Below are positions 22,828 through 36,800 of a stretch of DNA of 64,000 bases, one piece after another. The notes under the pieces were generated by a model. It saw nothing but the letters and a program-made list of their open reading frames with translations. It had not been told where the DNA came from and made no database searches. Origin of the DNA: Octopus bimaculoides (lineage: Eukaryota); assembly GCF_001194135.2 (NCBI RefSeq), contig NC_068982.1, positions 131,239,951-131,303,950 on the forward strand. Reading direction: 5' to 3'. Each line of letters begins with the position of its first letter. Position 1 is the first letter of the stretch. The translations under genes were made by a program, and so were the position numbers.

Positions 22828-24511
22828 TAATAGCTTATAGTATTTTGTATTTTTGTTTACTTATACTTATAATAATTTCCTTTTGTTTCATGAGTCTGTT
22901 AACATGACAGAAACTAAATGCAAGTATTTGAAACCAGCAGCTAGAACGATGTCCAAACAAGGAAATTTATTCTGATTATTGTGCAAACATTTGTAACCTC
23001 TAAACAAAACTTTTATCATATCAGGTTCCCTAATCACACTATCTCACATCTTATATTCCATGCAATTCTATTGCTGTTGGGTTCTTAATTGTCACTTGAT
23101 AGATTATTTCAGGTAATAAGGGATGTAGCCCTTCAAACTGAAGATGTTCTAATCTAGAATATTCACCATTCTATTCTGATCCATTTGCCAATAGCAAAGA
23201 ATAGAAGATAGAATTATCAAAGATCATCAAATTTCAAATCAATTTTAATAAATGTAAAGTAAGAAAGAAGCAATGGGAAGCTATATAGTCTGACATTGAA
23301 TAGCTTATTGTACTTTTACTTCAATGTCTTACAGCAGTACAAGTAAATGATATTGGTTTTCAAAAAGATAAAAATGTATCAATAATCAAGCTTTCATTAA
23401 AACAAAACAAAAAAAAAACATACCATTTAAAGAGAACCTAATCATAGTATCCCATTAAAATAAAGCAAAATTTTTTACAAAAGTTTAAAATTTGAAGCAA
23501 AAAAAAATGAGACTAAAAATAATAATTTCTTTATAAATGATCATAATATTACTGCATCAAGAATCTACAAGTAATATTACTATGATACTAGAAAATATAA
23601 CAGAAGAAAATGAAAAACAATAAAGAAAAGAAAATATATGATGTAATAATATTAGTTCAAGTAATCTGATTCAATAAAATAGTGTCTTGTTAATAAATGT
23701 TTCAATTGCTAGAAAATATGTTTGTAATATGCATAAATCAATTTGAAAGAAGAGAATGATCAATTAATCAATAATGGCAATGGTGTGGTTCAGGCAAAGA
23801 ATCTGTTCTTTGCCAGCTAATTCATTAATAATATTGAATGTGATCACTTGGCAGAGCAATAGTAATTAATTAAAAGAAAATGTAGCAAATTATAGTAGTT
23901 ATTATAACATCAATAATTATTTTTGTCAAAAGATCCCATTTAATTTACAAGTTAAATACAAAATAAACATAAATTAAAAGCTAAATATAAAAACCTTTAA
24001 TAAAACAAATAAAAGAAAAGAAAATTTCATACGTAAACAGATGCTAGCAAAAGTTTGCAGTAATCCATAGTGATGGGGGCTTACAGAAAACAAGACAAGA
24101 AGAACATGGCTGCAAGGATAATAATTTTTAAATAACAGAACAGAAAGCAGGTGACAAACAAGTATCTTCTTTGCAGAACTGGTCAATTAGTTTTCAAATA
24201 TTAAGGTTTTACATATACTAATTTGTAGTCACACAAATTTGCTTCACAAAAGGTACAAATAGAAAAAAAAAATGACACAAATATGTAAGTCTCAGGGTAA
24301 AAAGACAGACAGCTGGTGACAACTTAATTCTTTGAAGACAAAACAAAGTAAAATAAGTTTATTTCTTTTAACATAGACAATAACCTGTCACCAAGTTTAA
24401 TGCCACCACCTCACACTTCGGTACCTTCAATGAAGTTTAGAGCCTTCTTCTCGACTTATAACTAACTAGACATGCCCAGAGTTTAAAATTTAAAGCCATT
24501 CTTCCTTTGAT

Positions 24512-24515
<4 letters not shown>

Positions 24516-24572
<57 letters not shown>
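24516..24572. repeat. (TA)n microsatellite
   Basis: Read directly. Confidence 0.95.
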
Positions 24573-24575
<3 letters not shown>

Positions 24576-26023
24576 GATAAATTGAATATTAATTCAATTT
24601 AAAACCAAGTGGCCTAGCATATAAAAAAATCTGAAAATTCAGACCACCTAGTGGTCATCCCTTATACATGTGTAATACAATTTTTTCTGAATTTATATAT
24701 ATATATATAGGTGGTTTAGTACTGTCAAACTGCCCCTCAATCCACCCGCAAAACATTACTGGTACTTATTTATTTTCCTGAAAAGATAAAAGGAAAAACT
24801 GCAACTCATGGGATGTGAATTCAAAACATGGAGACAGAACTAAATTCTCTACGGCACATATCTATTCTAGCCCAGCTTATTGTTTGGGTGCTGATATAAC
24901 ATCTAAATAATACACTGCATAATATCAGTCTTGATCTGATGTACAGCATCCAGGTAAGTGACTTCATCTTCTACCATAACTTCAAGTCAACTAAAGACTT
25001 ATGATTAGAATTCCATGAGCAGATTAGTGTGGAGGCCTACCAAAGGGACTGTTTATGGGTGGAAAACTTAATCTATTACCTGATTTAACATCTGGATAGA
25101 GGGTACCTTTAACAGCATTCACTCTGCTGCCTATATTCAAGTCAGATTTCTAGTCTGAAGATAACATCTTCCCTTCCTCCCAGCAGTCATAGAAGTGATG
25201 AGAAAGATCATGGAAATGATCTTCCATCCCAACTATAACAATTAAACAGTAATATTCTCTTAACTAACAGCCTTAGGAGACAGCAGTTCATTGATCATAT
25301 TATATCTGCTTTTATGAGGTGATGATATCATCATCATTCATCATCTTCATTTAACATCCATCTTTCCATGCTTGCATGGGTCAGATCAAATTTGTTACGG
25401 CAGATTTTTGACAGCCATATGCCCTTTCTGTCACGAACCTTCATTTGTTTCCAAGCAACTGTCTGAAGTGGAGATACTCTACAGTAATGATCCCAGCCCA
25501 TAAGAGTTTGGTACTGCAATTAATGACATGTTAATGAATTACAAGAATGATTGCAACTAAAAGAAAATGCTTCTTCTTTGATGACTGTATCCTTGACCAA
25601 GAGGAGTTGTCATTAGACGATGTTCAATGTTAATTGGGTGTTTCAATTTCCTGTTGGTAGGCCAACAGCTGTGAGCAAATTATTGCCTGTTCTCCTTCCC
25701 AGTACTTTAAACATAAACACAGCACAAAACCAGTGATAAGATATGACCCATAACTCTTTGAAGACAGTTCAACACCCATCAGTTCAGTCAACGACTACTC
25801 TTGATCATAAATTAGCAGAGACATTGAAACTGTATCATTCAATAATGATTTTTGAAATGGAGATATTTAGAATTACAGAAGGTTGCCAGTGGTGACATTG
25901 GGGTCATTATACTTTATGCCCACTTTCCATGACAACATGGTTCTTCATAATCCAAGTAAGAGTTTATTCCAACTTACTGCCTTCAAAGACGGGTCCAAGT
26001 AACATACAAAAAACTACCTGGAC

Positions 26024-26275
26024 CAGTGGATCTCAACCATTTTTTGTCTATAGACTCTTTTGATTCCTATTTTACTTTACTGGACCCTAATAAACATTTG
26101 ATATTTAAAACAGTCCCATTATATTTTTATAGCTAAATATTATTAGGAATTGTATAAAAAATTGTTAAAATATCTTGTGTTGTAGAAGTATAACCAATTT
26201 ATTGCACATGGATTTTAACAGTAAAATCTTGTGTGTACCCCTAAGAGCCATGTGGATCCTGATTGAAAATCACTG
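26024..26275. mobile_element. hAT (Charlie-like) MITE
   Basis: Ends CAGTGGATCTCAACC and GATTGAAAATCACTG are decayed CAGTGGTTCTCAA-type TIRs; 8-bp TSD poorly retained. Confidence 0.6.
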
Positions 26276-26879
26276 GCCAAAACTAAACGGTGAGACCAGA
26301 CTGTGAGATTTGCAAGGAACTTACAGTATCAATTATCCAGCATTGTGATAAAGATAATAATTAACTGATAGATTCCCAATAAATTATTAGTATTTATCTA
26401 CATCAATCATGGATGGATAATAGACGCAAGAAATAAGAGCAAGATTTGAACTTAGAATGTGACACTAAACTAGAGTACATAAAGCAGTTTTTGTTGATTT
26501 TTTTTGTATTAATTAAAACACTAACTTCATTGGACAATTGTACTTTAGAGCAGTAACTATTTCAGACAGCCGTATAATTGAGGTGGAAAACAAAACAAAG
26601 ATCTGACCAATCGCAAATTGAAAAACGAATTCATGCATGAACTATAATTCTAATTTCTTCTGGACAAAGCAAGAGTGCAATTGTTTGTGTATTTTTGTTG
26701 TTTGCTTTTTGTTGGTTTTTTCTGTCTTAATAAGACATTAAAAAGAGTTAATTGAATCAACACTAATATATTACTACTACTTGTTTTATTGAAGCAAGAG
26801 GGACGAAAATTTAAGCTAACTCAAATGTAAATTTTAAAATGAAATAGAGAATGGACAACACTACAGGTTACAGGATGCT

Positions 26880-28250
26880 GAATTAAATGCCAAAGAGCAT
26901 TTGGTTTATAATTCCTTGTAACTTCTGTCAACTAACCAAAAATATTCTAATGCCCGTAATCACACATGCTCACAAATACCATCAGGTGACTCAATCCCAC
27001 TACTTCATACACCCCTTTCTCTCTTCATCTCAAGATGGAACATTTTGCACTTCTAAACTCCATTCCAAGGTCTTTACAGCTCTACTGAACAGTTCTGACC
27101 TGTGAACCAACCTTTGATTCATTCTTGTCAAAGAGCTTCAGATCATCCATGAAAAGTAGATGATTGATCTAAGGTCCCCAGTTTTCAGTGTAATAATCAA
27201 TATCTGACTCTTCTAAGATCATTGATGATGGAATCATAGCAATCACAAAACGTAATGGCAAAAATGAATCTCCTTGAAATATTCCTCTTCTTATATTGAC
27301 CCCACCTAAAGCATAGATTTGTCTTACACAAAGGCATGCTGGACTCCATTACTTTAATAACAGAATTAGCTATTCCAGATGTTCTCAAACATTTCAATTG
27401 CCACAAATATGGAACCATGTCAAAGGCTTTCTTGAAGTCTATCCAATCCGCTCATAAATTCTTTAGATGTCTTTTGTAATCATTTATGATCAGTTTCTCA
27501 ATAAAAGATGGTTACTGGTTACCTTCTACATCCCTTCTACTCAAAAGGTAGCATCTCATTCTGAAGTGATCATACACTTTTGTAGCAAAGATGTCTGTCA
27601 AGAGCTCCCAAAGTTAATTCAAGCATGCAATTGGCCTGTAGTTTCCAACTTTCTATTTTATCCATCATTATCAAAGTTGTCTTCCCTTCAACCATCCAGC
27701 TTGTCACTTCCACTTGTATAACACAATCATTTAGGTGCTTCTCTAGTCTTGAATGAACACTTAAATCTGGTTCAGGAGATTTTCAGTTTGGTGCTTTTCT
27801 ACCTTGTTCTTGAACATATTCCATTAAAATTCTTCCGCATCTCTGTTTTGACATTTGTTTAACTTATCCTCAACTTCCTTCATCCATCTCGCATCTTTGT
27901 TATGCTCTTTTGCCTACACACACACAACTCATAAATTTGACCAAAATTGTATAGATTTTTTTCAGCATTCCAGTGCAACATCAGCACCGTTTTCCCCTAA
28001 CAGTGTTCTAAAAAAACGTCTCATTTGCAGAGAACATTGTCTTGTTTATATTTGTTTTCATCTACTTGTATAGCACTTAACCTGATTAGATTTTGCCTTG
28101 ATTCACTTCTTCCATCACTACATTCAAACCTTTCAACTATATTTTACATCTACACAATGTTTCAACTCGTTTGATTTCTGATTATCATTAAGTGTTTTTG
28201 TCCTGGTTGTGTGAATAATACTAGATGGCATTTGAATTCAGAGTCTTCGT
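26880..28250 (-). mobile_element. Degenerate R4-clade (RLE-type) non-LTR retrotransposon RT
   Basis: Minus strand WIDFKKAFDMVP, then LRTSGIANSVIKVMESSM...RRFIF, then INHLLFMDDLKLF (FMDD), the RT signature of R4/Dong/Rex6-like elements; many stops and frameshifts. Confidence 0.75.
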
Positions 28251-28509
28251 AACACCCTGATCAACTGAGCCACCAACACATGTACATGAACATGTGGATA
28301 TGTGGATAAAAGCATTACTACTCTTAGCTTAGAAATATAGTTTCCAAGAAAGGATGAAAATCAAACTTGCACTCAGCAAGAATTGATCTCAGGATATAGA
28401 GTCAGAAGAAATATCAAAAGACCTACTACCTAACATTTTAATAACTCTACCAATTTTCCCCCTTAGGAGAGGCATATGTATACCAATTTACACACACACA
28501 CATGCACGC

Positions 28510-28770
28510 ACACGTGAGGGTGCGTAGTCTATTGGTCCGGGTGTGGCACTCACGATTGTGCTTTCAACTCCAGAACTGGGTGGGGCATTGTGTTCTTGAG
28601 GAAAAAACTTCATCTCATGCTGCTTAGTGATCATTTCAGCACCTGACATGTGGCACACCATGCACCTATCCAGGCAATGTTGATTTGATGGAGGGAGTGA
28701 ACTAATGGGTGGCACATACATTTGGTCACTATAAACAAATCATTTGTGCAGATTGTTTAGTAAGAAATCT
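28510..28770 (+). mobile_element. Degenerate tRNA-headed CORE-like SINE
   Basis: Decayed head followed by TTGTGTTCTTGAGGAAAAAACTTCATCTCATGCTGC, the reverse complement of the block at ~34440-34480. Confidence 0.55.
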
Positions 28771-28779
28771 CTGCCACAG

Positions 28780-29182
28780 CAGCTGTCTGACTTCCATGCT
28801 AGTGGCACGTAAATAGCACCATTTGAGCATGATCGTTACCAGCGTCACCTTATTGGCCCTTGTGCTGGAGGCACGTTAGAAAATCATTTGAGCAAGGTTG
28901 TTGCCAGTGCCGCTGGACTGGCTCCTGTGCAGGTGGCGTGTAAAAAAACACCAATTTGAGTGTGACCGTTGCCAGTACTGTGTGACTAGCCCTCATGCCG
29001 GTGGCACGTAAAAGCACCCACTACACTCTTGGAGTGGTTGGCATTAGGAAGGGTATCCAGCTATAGAAACTCTGCCAGATCAGATTGGAGCCTGGTGTAG
29101 CCATCTGGTTCACCAGTCCTCAGTCAAATCGTCCAACCCATGCTAGCATGGAAAGCGGACGTTAAACAATGATGATGATGAT
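28780..29182 (+). mobile_element. RTE 3'UTR/tail copy
   Basis: Reverse-complement homolog of 48197-48640; ends GGACGTTAAACAATGATGATGATG before a (CA)n tract. Confidence 0.85.
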
Positions 29183-29186
29183 ATAG

Positions 29187-29235
<49 letters not shown>

Positions 29236-30320
29236 TGCATGTGCACACACACACACACATGACTTTTAGTGTATTTATGTACCTATACAAACGCACATCC
29301 ACATGAGAACGTGCAAAATGTGTAAATGCAAAAATGCAGTTCAAATGAAGCAGATTTTCATTCTGAAAATCAAGTAAGCAGTCAAAGCAAATTCAACATT
29401 AAAAACTATCACACTCTTACTTGAGTTGCACGGTTCTATTGCATGGTGTTAGATTTATTGTATTTCATTTTTGACACTGAGATAGACAATGAGAAGGAAA
29501 AAAAAAACGACACAGAGCAGGGGGTTAAAAATAAAGAAAAAGAAGTAGGGGTAAAAAGGTGAAAGACATGAAGAGGAAAAAAAAAACAGAAAGAGAGAAA
29601 GGAATAACAAAAAAGAGGAAACAGAAAAATAAAAAGGAAAAGTGAGAGAGGAAGGAAAAGAAATAAAGAGGACAAAAAAGTAAAAGGTAAATGTAATACA
29701 CACATACAGACACATTTACACACACACACACACACACACAATGTGAGATGTGTATGTATGTGTGTAAAGAGAGAAAACAAAATAGAAATAAATTGAGAGA
29801 GGAAGGGAAAGGGAGGTGGTGGGTGGGTCAGTAATAAAGGTAAGGCCAAGTTGAGCTGCCCTCTAGGCCTTCCATTTATCAACAGAGATTCACATATTTC
29901 CAGGATGGCTGCTGCTCTGTTGGCATGTGGTTAGATGGTTCTTACTCTTTATTGAATTAGCCTTATCCCTGCTTAGAATAAGCTCTTTAATTTGCAGCTT
30001 CAAAGCTATTAACACGTTAAATAATAGGTGTGCTTATGCACTTGTGTATGTACGTACAAAACTACACAAATAATCACAACTGTACACTTGTGTACACACA
30101 TACAAGAAGACACATTTGCACACATGAATACACATCATAGACGCATATATTCAATCATACATACATACATACATACACTCATACAAATACATAAATGCAT
30201 ACATCCACACATAAATATATACATACACATAGAAACAGACGTTTATATACACATAAATACATACAGAAGCAGACACACACACACACACACACATGTGCGC
30301 ATATATAGATCCATCCATAC
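29187..30320. repeat. (CA)n tracts, purine-rich low-complexity block and degenerate CA/TA repeats
   Basis: Read directly; explains the ORFs at 29436-29882 and 30028-30453. Confidence 0.8.
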
Positions 30321-32296
30321 ATATATCAATGCTAAGCTTTTGATTGTAGCTAGAGTTTCAAAAGGTCTGTGGGAGTACCATCCCTCATTGAACAGCAATA
30401 ATCCTTTCTCCATGGACAAAAAAAGAAATAAAAAAAGACTTTGTGTGTCTTAGTATATTACATGTAGTTTTTTTTTTTAACTACCCAGCAGCAACAATAA
30501 TAAAAGAGAAAATTAAAAAAAACAAATGAAGCGAAATTAGCAAAAATAAGGAAAAGGTCTTAAAGATAGCTTGACATAGTCTAAACATAAACCTCATGCA
30601 GTGATAATTCACTGGAAAATACAAGCTACACAAGTAAACCTATACACTAGATAAGCCGCAGCCACAAGGTAGGGTTTAGGATTAAAAAATCACATTTGAA
30701 TCTAATATCTTTTATAACATGCATATGTAAACTTGATAGTAAAACTAGGAATAAAAAGAAAACTTAGAGTGAAAGAAGTAGTATATGAAACTACAGTGGA
30801 ATAAAACAGATTACAACTGTAATGAAATAATAAAAGAGCATTTAGAATTTAAAAAGAAAAAAATATATTTAAAAGTGTGAAATGACAAAGGTTGGATTAA
30901 ATTAGTGAAGCAATAATATCAGAAGTGGGGAAAGTAATTTTACAATTTTTAATAGATTAATAGTATAGGAGATTGTTATTTCAACGTATCCAAATAATAC
31001 TGAAATCAGTATATCATTTTATAAACTCTTTGATAAACACCAACCATCTTTAACTCGGTTCTTTCCATAAAGAAGGGCAGGGACTGGATTATAGACACAA
31101 GGCCTAGAATTTATGAGAAAAGCGATAGTTGGTTTACATTGACAACAGTACCTAACTGGAACTTATTTTATCGACCCTGAAAGAACGAAAGGCAAAATCG
31201 ACCTTAGCAGAATTTGAGCTCAGAATGTAAGGATGGACAAAATATCAGTGATGAATGTCAATGTCAACTTTGGCTGGATCATTTGATCTCAATTTAACAC
31301 TACCAAGCATTGTACATGGTCTTCTACATTCTTGCTACACCACTACATTAATAATGCTCATAATGGTAATATTCATCATCACCATTAGAAGCAATTGTGA
31401 TCACATTAGCTGACGATGACAATTGGTTTCTGTTCTTTCTACTTAGCACCAAAATAGATGAACCATTTTGTAGTTGGGTGGGGTCATAAACAAGTGTTTA
31501 AAACTATTGTGAGCATAGCATATTGGCAATAAAACTATGTTAACCTTAAATAACCCTAAAATAGCAAAATCACTTTTAGTTTTTTTTCTTTTAATTTTCA
31601 GTATGGTATTGTTGCTTAGCCCCAGGTTAGTTCTGATTGCACAAACACGTTTCAGTCGTGACTATCATTTTGTTCTTTTACTCTTCCAGGAATAGTAAAG
31701 TATATCAGTATATCTAAGGCTGCGTTATCTAGTCCTTTTTTAAGATAGTAATTTAAGATGTGTGATTTGAGAGAGATTTTGCTATATTTTTTTAGCAGTT
31801 TAGGTGACCATGTAGAGGCTTCTTTGTAACATTGTTTGAGCAATGGTGGAAGAAATATAAAGAGCTATTTCGACCTCTGTTAGCACCAAAGTTTTTTTCT
31901 TTTACATTTAACGAATAGGAAATGGGAAGTGTTTAGAAATCATGTGATGTATGGCAGTGAAACATGGGCAGAGAATGTATAGGGTCTGCTGTTGCAGGAG
32001 AATAATGAGTAGCATCTTGTTGATTGGATGTGTAAAGTTGTTTTATGTGAAAAATATAGTACAAGAGACAAAAGAAAATTATAAGGTTTAAAAGGCAACA
32101 CCTGATGTTGAGTCAGATGACTCTGTTGACATTGTCACATAATCTAAAATCACACATTACTATCTTAAAAAAGGACTGGATAATGCAGCCTTAGATATGC
32201 TATACTATTCCTCAAAAAAAAAATTTCTGCCCTTGTACCTACAATAGAAAGGATTATTATTATTAATAGAGCCGTAGATGGCAGAATCAACAGAGT

Positions 32297-32527
32297 TATT
32301 TCTTTACTACCTACAAGGGGCTACACACAGAGGGGACAAACAAGGACAGACAAATGGATTAAGTCGATTATACAGACCCCAGTGCGTAACTGGTACTTAT
32401 TTAATCGACCCCGAAAGGATGAAAGGCAAAGTCGACCTCGGCGGAATTTGAACTCAGAACATAGCGACAGACGAAATACCGATAAGCATTTCGCCCGGCG
32501 TGCTAACGTTTCTGCCAGCTCGCTGCC
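32297..32527 (-). mobile_element. Well-preserved Meta-domain-like tRNA SINE
   Basis: Minus strand GGCAGCGAGCTGGCAGAAACGTTAGC...GAGTTCAAATTCC, then GTCGACTTTGCCTTTCATCCTTTCGGGGTCGATTAAATAAGTACC; CpGs retained. Confidence 0.8.
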
Positions 32528-34249
32528 TTGGTACAACAGAGTAGTGAACAAAATACCTTGTAGTACTTAGTTTCATGTTTTGCATTCTTGACTTGCCATC
32601 TTTCTTGGATTGAAGTATCGGTCAAGTATTGGTGTCCAGAGTATTAAGCCCCCCACTGCAAAACAGCTGACCTTGGGCCTAAATCAGAAGCCATTACTAT
32701 TTCTCTGATAAAGCTGACTTTGCATTCTAACACTCTGTAATCCATAAAATACACAGCAAGCACATATTGGCAGTGAATCAATTGATAATGTATGCATGTA
32801 CAAAACTGTGACCTTTATCCTAAAAGAAGGAATCATTGAATAATTGCTGTTGTTGTTCATATTGCAGCAGTTGTAGTTGTTCAGATAGATTTATGATAAA
32901 AAGGATTCCAGTCATGACTGCCCTCTCTGTTTTTTTTTTTTCCTTCTGTCATGTATTTGTACTACATTATTCCCTGTAGTCTTCAACATGAACTTTTTTA
33001 AGATGGAAGAGATATCAAGGAGGTGCTCCTTTATTGGTTTGTGAATCAAAAGAAAAGTTGGTTGTTATTTCTGTTAGGTCAAGCAACTAGTTAAAGGTCC
33101 CATGGAGAGGTGATTACATTTTGTGGTGAAATTATCTGAGATTTGGGTTTGGGAGTCATAACCTACAGTTTACTTTACATTGTATCACTGCTGAGTAGTT
33201 CTTCAAAGTTCTGTTATTTGAGTAAATATACGATATAGCTTACATAAGGTGCATTGAATTATATAGGGTCTAGTATAATGACTATAGCAAGCCTCAATCA
33301 TGCCTCCAGAGCATTCTAAATACCCTTTCATTCAATATAGATTGTGTATGGCATAGCAATTTATAAGGCTATGTTTTTTTTAAAAAGGCGTTTTATTCAA
33401 ATAACGATAACCTAGTTGAAAAATGCAGATATTAAGCTGTTGGAAAAAATTAACTAATTTGTGTGCAACTATCTTATCTATCCTATCTGTCTTATCTGGC
33501 TCTATATCTTTCTCTAATTTTTATTCTCATAGTCAGAAACCCTAAGAAGAAACATTTTCTGTAAAGAATGTATAAAAGTGTTAAAAAAAAAAAAAAAAAA
33601 CAGATTTGAAAAAAAAAAAGAAAAACTTGAAAATAATTTTAGTTTAGATATCTTTCAAAGTTTATAGAGAACAACTATATTAAACAAATCAGTTAGATGT
33701 ATCAATGTTCAAAGATTTCATCAGTAATAGCTTCAGCTTATTCAAATTAAGGATTAATTTGATAAATCAAGCTTAGATAAGGAATTAGGAATGAGACAAG
33801 TTGAATTAATTAGCTATTATATACGAGCAGATTGGAAACCAATAAGTGATGAGAGAGACCTGTCAAATCAGATTTTGACTTCCATTTCACAAAAGACTTT
33901 TTATTTATTTACTTATTTATATATTTTTGTACTATTTTGGGTAATCATTCCATGTAATAGCTGACTTAAAACTTGATATTATTTTGAGGAAAATTTATTT
34001 TTTTCCTAAATTTCACATTTGGTAAGATGAAACATCAGGTATTTAGGTAATGGTTTTAAGTTTGAATCCACTGCTGTTGTTGTTACTATCCTCAGTTCAT
34101 CATTATCATCATCTTCAATGTCATCATAATTTCACACAGACATGTTTTGTTTACTGGTGTATGTTTTTTTTCTTTTTTTTTTTGTAATGTATCCAAAATG
34201 TGATCTAAGTCTAATGCAGCTATACAACAGATGGCAGATCAAACATCAT

Positions 34250-34560
34250 ATACTAGATGATGTTACAGACTTATGCTGGTTAAGCTGTGAGGTACAATAA
34301 TTGTCACTGGTTAGTCCACAGTACTCTGTAAGGAGCATAGGGCTGCTTTCTTGGTTTTTCTGGTGTGTATATATTCCTCCCTGAACAGAACACCAGTCTT
34401 TCACAGGATGACTCATTTTTACCAGTTGAGTGGACTGGAGCAACATGAAATGAAGTGTCTTGCTCAAGGACACAATACGCATCACCTGGTCCAGGAACTG
34501 AGACCACAACCTTACAATCATGACTCCAATGCCCTAACCACTAAGCCATGTGCCTCCACA
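34250..34560 (-). mobile_element. tRNA-headed CORE-like SINE
   Basis: Minus strand GGCTTAGTGGTTAGGG...GTGTCCTTGAGCAAGACACTTCATTTCATGTTGCTCCAGTCCACTCA. Confidence 0.75.
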
Positions 34561-35509
34561 CAATAATTGTCACAACAGTTTACATAAACTTACATACAAC
34601 TGCATACAATATGCCTGCAGTTATATGAGGAGGTCATATTATCTCCTTAAACATCCTTCCACAGCATACATATCCAATGCCTGATATATATGTCTTTAAT
34701 AACTCTGTTCCTTCAAGAAACATTTCTTTCATTATCTAAATGAAAAATTCTCCTAGAAAGGAATGTTAAATTTTCATCTGTCATTTAGCTATTTGCAACA
34801 AGTGGATAACAACAAAATTATAGTGATGGTGTACCACTGTGATGGCCGACCATGGTTACACAAAACATCACAGCCAGAAATACAAGTTTTACATCCCCTC
34901 TGACAGTTCTCTTGACCAAAATTTAAACAACCATATAGCTAATGCTTGCACGAATGGAATAGCTATTTTCAAATTTGGACAATTGTATGAAATAGCTATT
35001 TTTACAAACATATCTTTCCTATTTCTGAGATAACCATGAAGCAGGAAAGACACAAGCTAGTCAGACTGAAGCTTGTAGAGTTATGAACCCTGTCCATGGC
35101 AGCTGTAGTATGCTTTGAACTCTTAACCATATATATAACCAGTAGAATTTGAAACTTCACAGGCATCATGTCTTATTTCAAAGTCATTGTGTTCCTTTAA
35201 TAACATTTCATTTTGACACGAGACTACATGACTTGCAGATTAAGTAGCACAGTTTATCAATTCAACCCCTCAATTCAGAGAATATACTGTTTGTTGTACT
35301 CCTTTTATTGAATTCACACCCGCAAGCTAAGCTATGAGACATTAGGATGGTGAATATAAGCACTGATTAAAAGTCAAGTTTAGTAATTTAGCAAGTGATT
35401 GTGATTTGATTATTTGAGTTAGTTAAAAAATATACACTCAAGTTCAGGCAAGACCACAAATAGCAGAATAAATAATAATACTATATCTTAAGTTGTAGAA
35501 TAACTAATA

Positions 35510-36800
35510 ATGGTTAAAATTTTGGCACAAAGCCAGCAATTTTTTGGAGGGGGAGAAGGTAAGACGATTACATCAACCCCAATTCTCAACTGGTGCTTAT
35601 TTTATTAACCCTGAAGGATGAGAGGCTAAGTCAACCTTAGAGGAATTTTAAACTAGGACATCAACACTAAGCATATTGCCCAGTGTACTAATGGTTCTAC
35701 CAGCCCACTGCCCTAGTAGAATAACTGATAATACATCACAAGTAGCTGAATAACTAATAATAAGATATCCCAGGTATGAGCAATGGAATGAGACCATCAA
35801 TACCAGTGGATTTAAAACAGAATTTAGAGTGAAATTCTAAGAACATTACTGAGTATAGCAGACACCTGAAGAAGGCCAGAGAGTACCCTGGTAGAAGCAT
35901 TGTAATTATAACAGCAAATGAGATGAAGACACTAGTTCTAATATGTTAGTATACAGTTTCCACCACTTCATCCTCCCAATGAGGCATTATACACACTGTT
36001 TCAAATTTTGGCACAAGGCCAGCAATTTTAGGGGGAATCCAGCACGTGATTGGTACTATATTTTATCAATCAGAGAGAGATGAGAGGCAAGGTGGACCCT
36101 AGTAGAATTTGAACTCAGAATGTATTGAGTTGGAAGAAATGTTGCTAAGCATTTTGTCCAACACACTAACAATTCTGCTAACTTGCCACCTATGTTATAC
36201 ACATGAATGCTAATTGTTTCTAATTTAAGCACCAAACCAACAATTTGGAGTGGAGTGGGTTTAGACAATATTACCAACCCCAACATAAACTGACACTTCA
36301 TTTTACTGACCTAGTAGGGATGAAAGCCAATGTTTACTTTGGCAGAATGTGAACTCACAATGTAAAGAGCCAGAAGAAATGCTACAAAACATTTTGTCTG
36401 ATGCTGTAAGAATTCAACCAATCCACAGTGAGTTCTCACTGTGACCTAATTTCTAACATTTAGACTGGGTTTTACGTTTTCAGGGAGAGTTAAGTCAATT
36501 AAATCAGCTATAGTACTAAGCTATAATTTATATACCACCAGTCCCAGAGAAAGGAAAAGTGAAGCTAACATCGATGGTATTCAAACCATAAAGGGATAAA
36601 ACTAAATAGATCTTTAACCTAGAACTCTATGTCACAACACTTTTTTTTAATAATAAATATAATAGAACCATAAATGCAATAAAATTAATAACAATTCCCT
36701 TTATATTAGATACAAAACCTCCAATTCGACTGATTAAATTGACTCCAGTATATTACCAGTAAATATTTTACTGACCCAAAAATGAAGAAAGATAAAATTA
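35510..36800 (-). mobile_element. Cluster of about five same-orientation degenerate Meta-like SINE copies
   Basis: Recurrent TTTGGCACAA(A/G)GCCAGCAATTTT and GGATGA..GG..AAGT.GAC...GAATTTGAACTCA blocks near 35520, 36005, 36225, 36470 and 36730. Confidence 0.6.
35861..35940 (+). mobile_element. Old Penelope-tail/hammerhead remnant
   Basis: GACACCTGAAGAAGGCCAGAGAGTACC...AGAAGCATTGT...AACAGCAAATGAGATGAAGACAC parallels 9977-10045 but the GAAA core is lost. Confidence 0.5.

Noticed and set aside
24871-24953. Exon ending at a perfect CAG|GTAAGT donor
   Set aside because: Stops in all three frames; cannot be supported as coding and there is no evidence for a non-coding transcript
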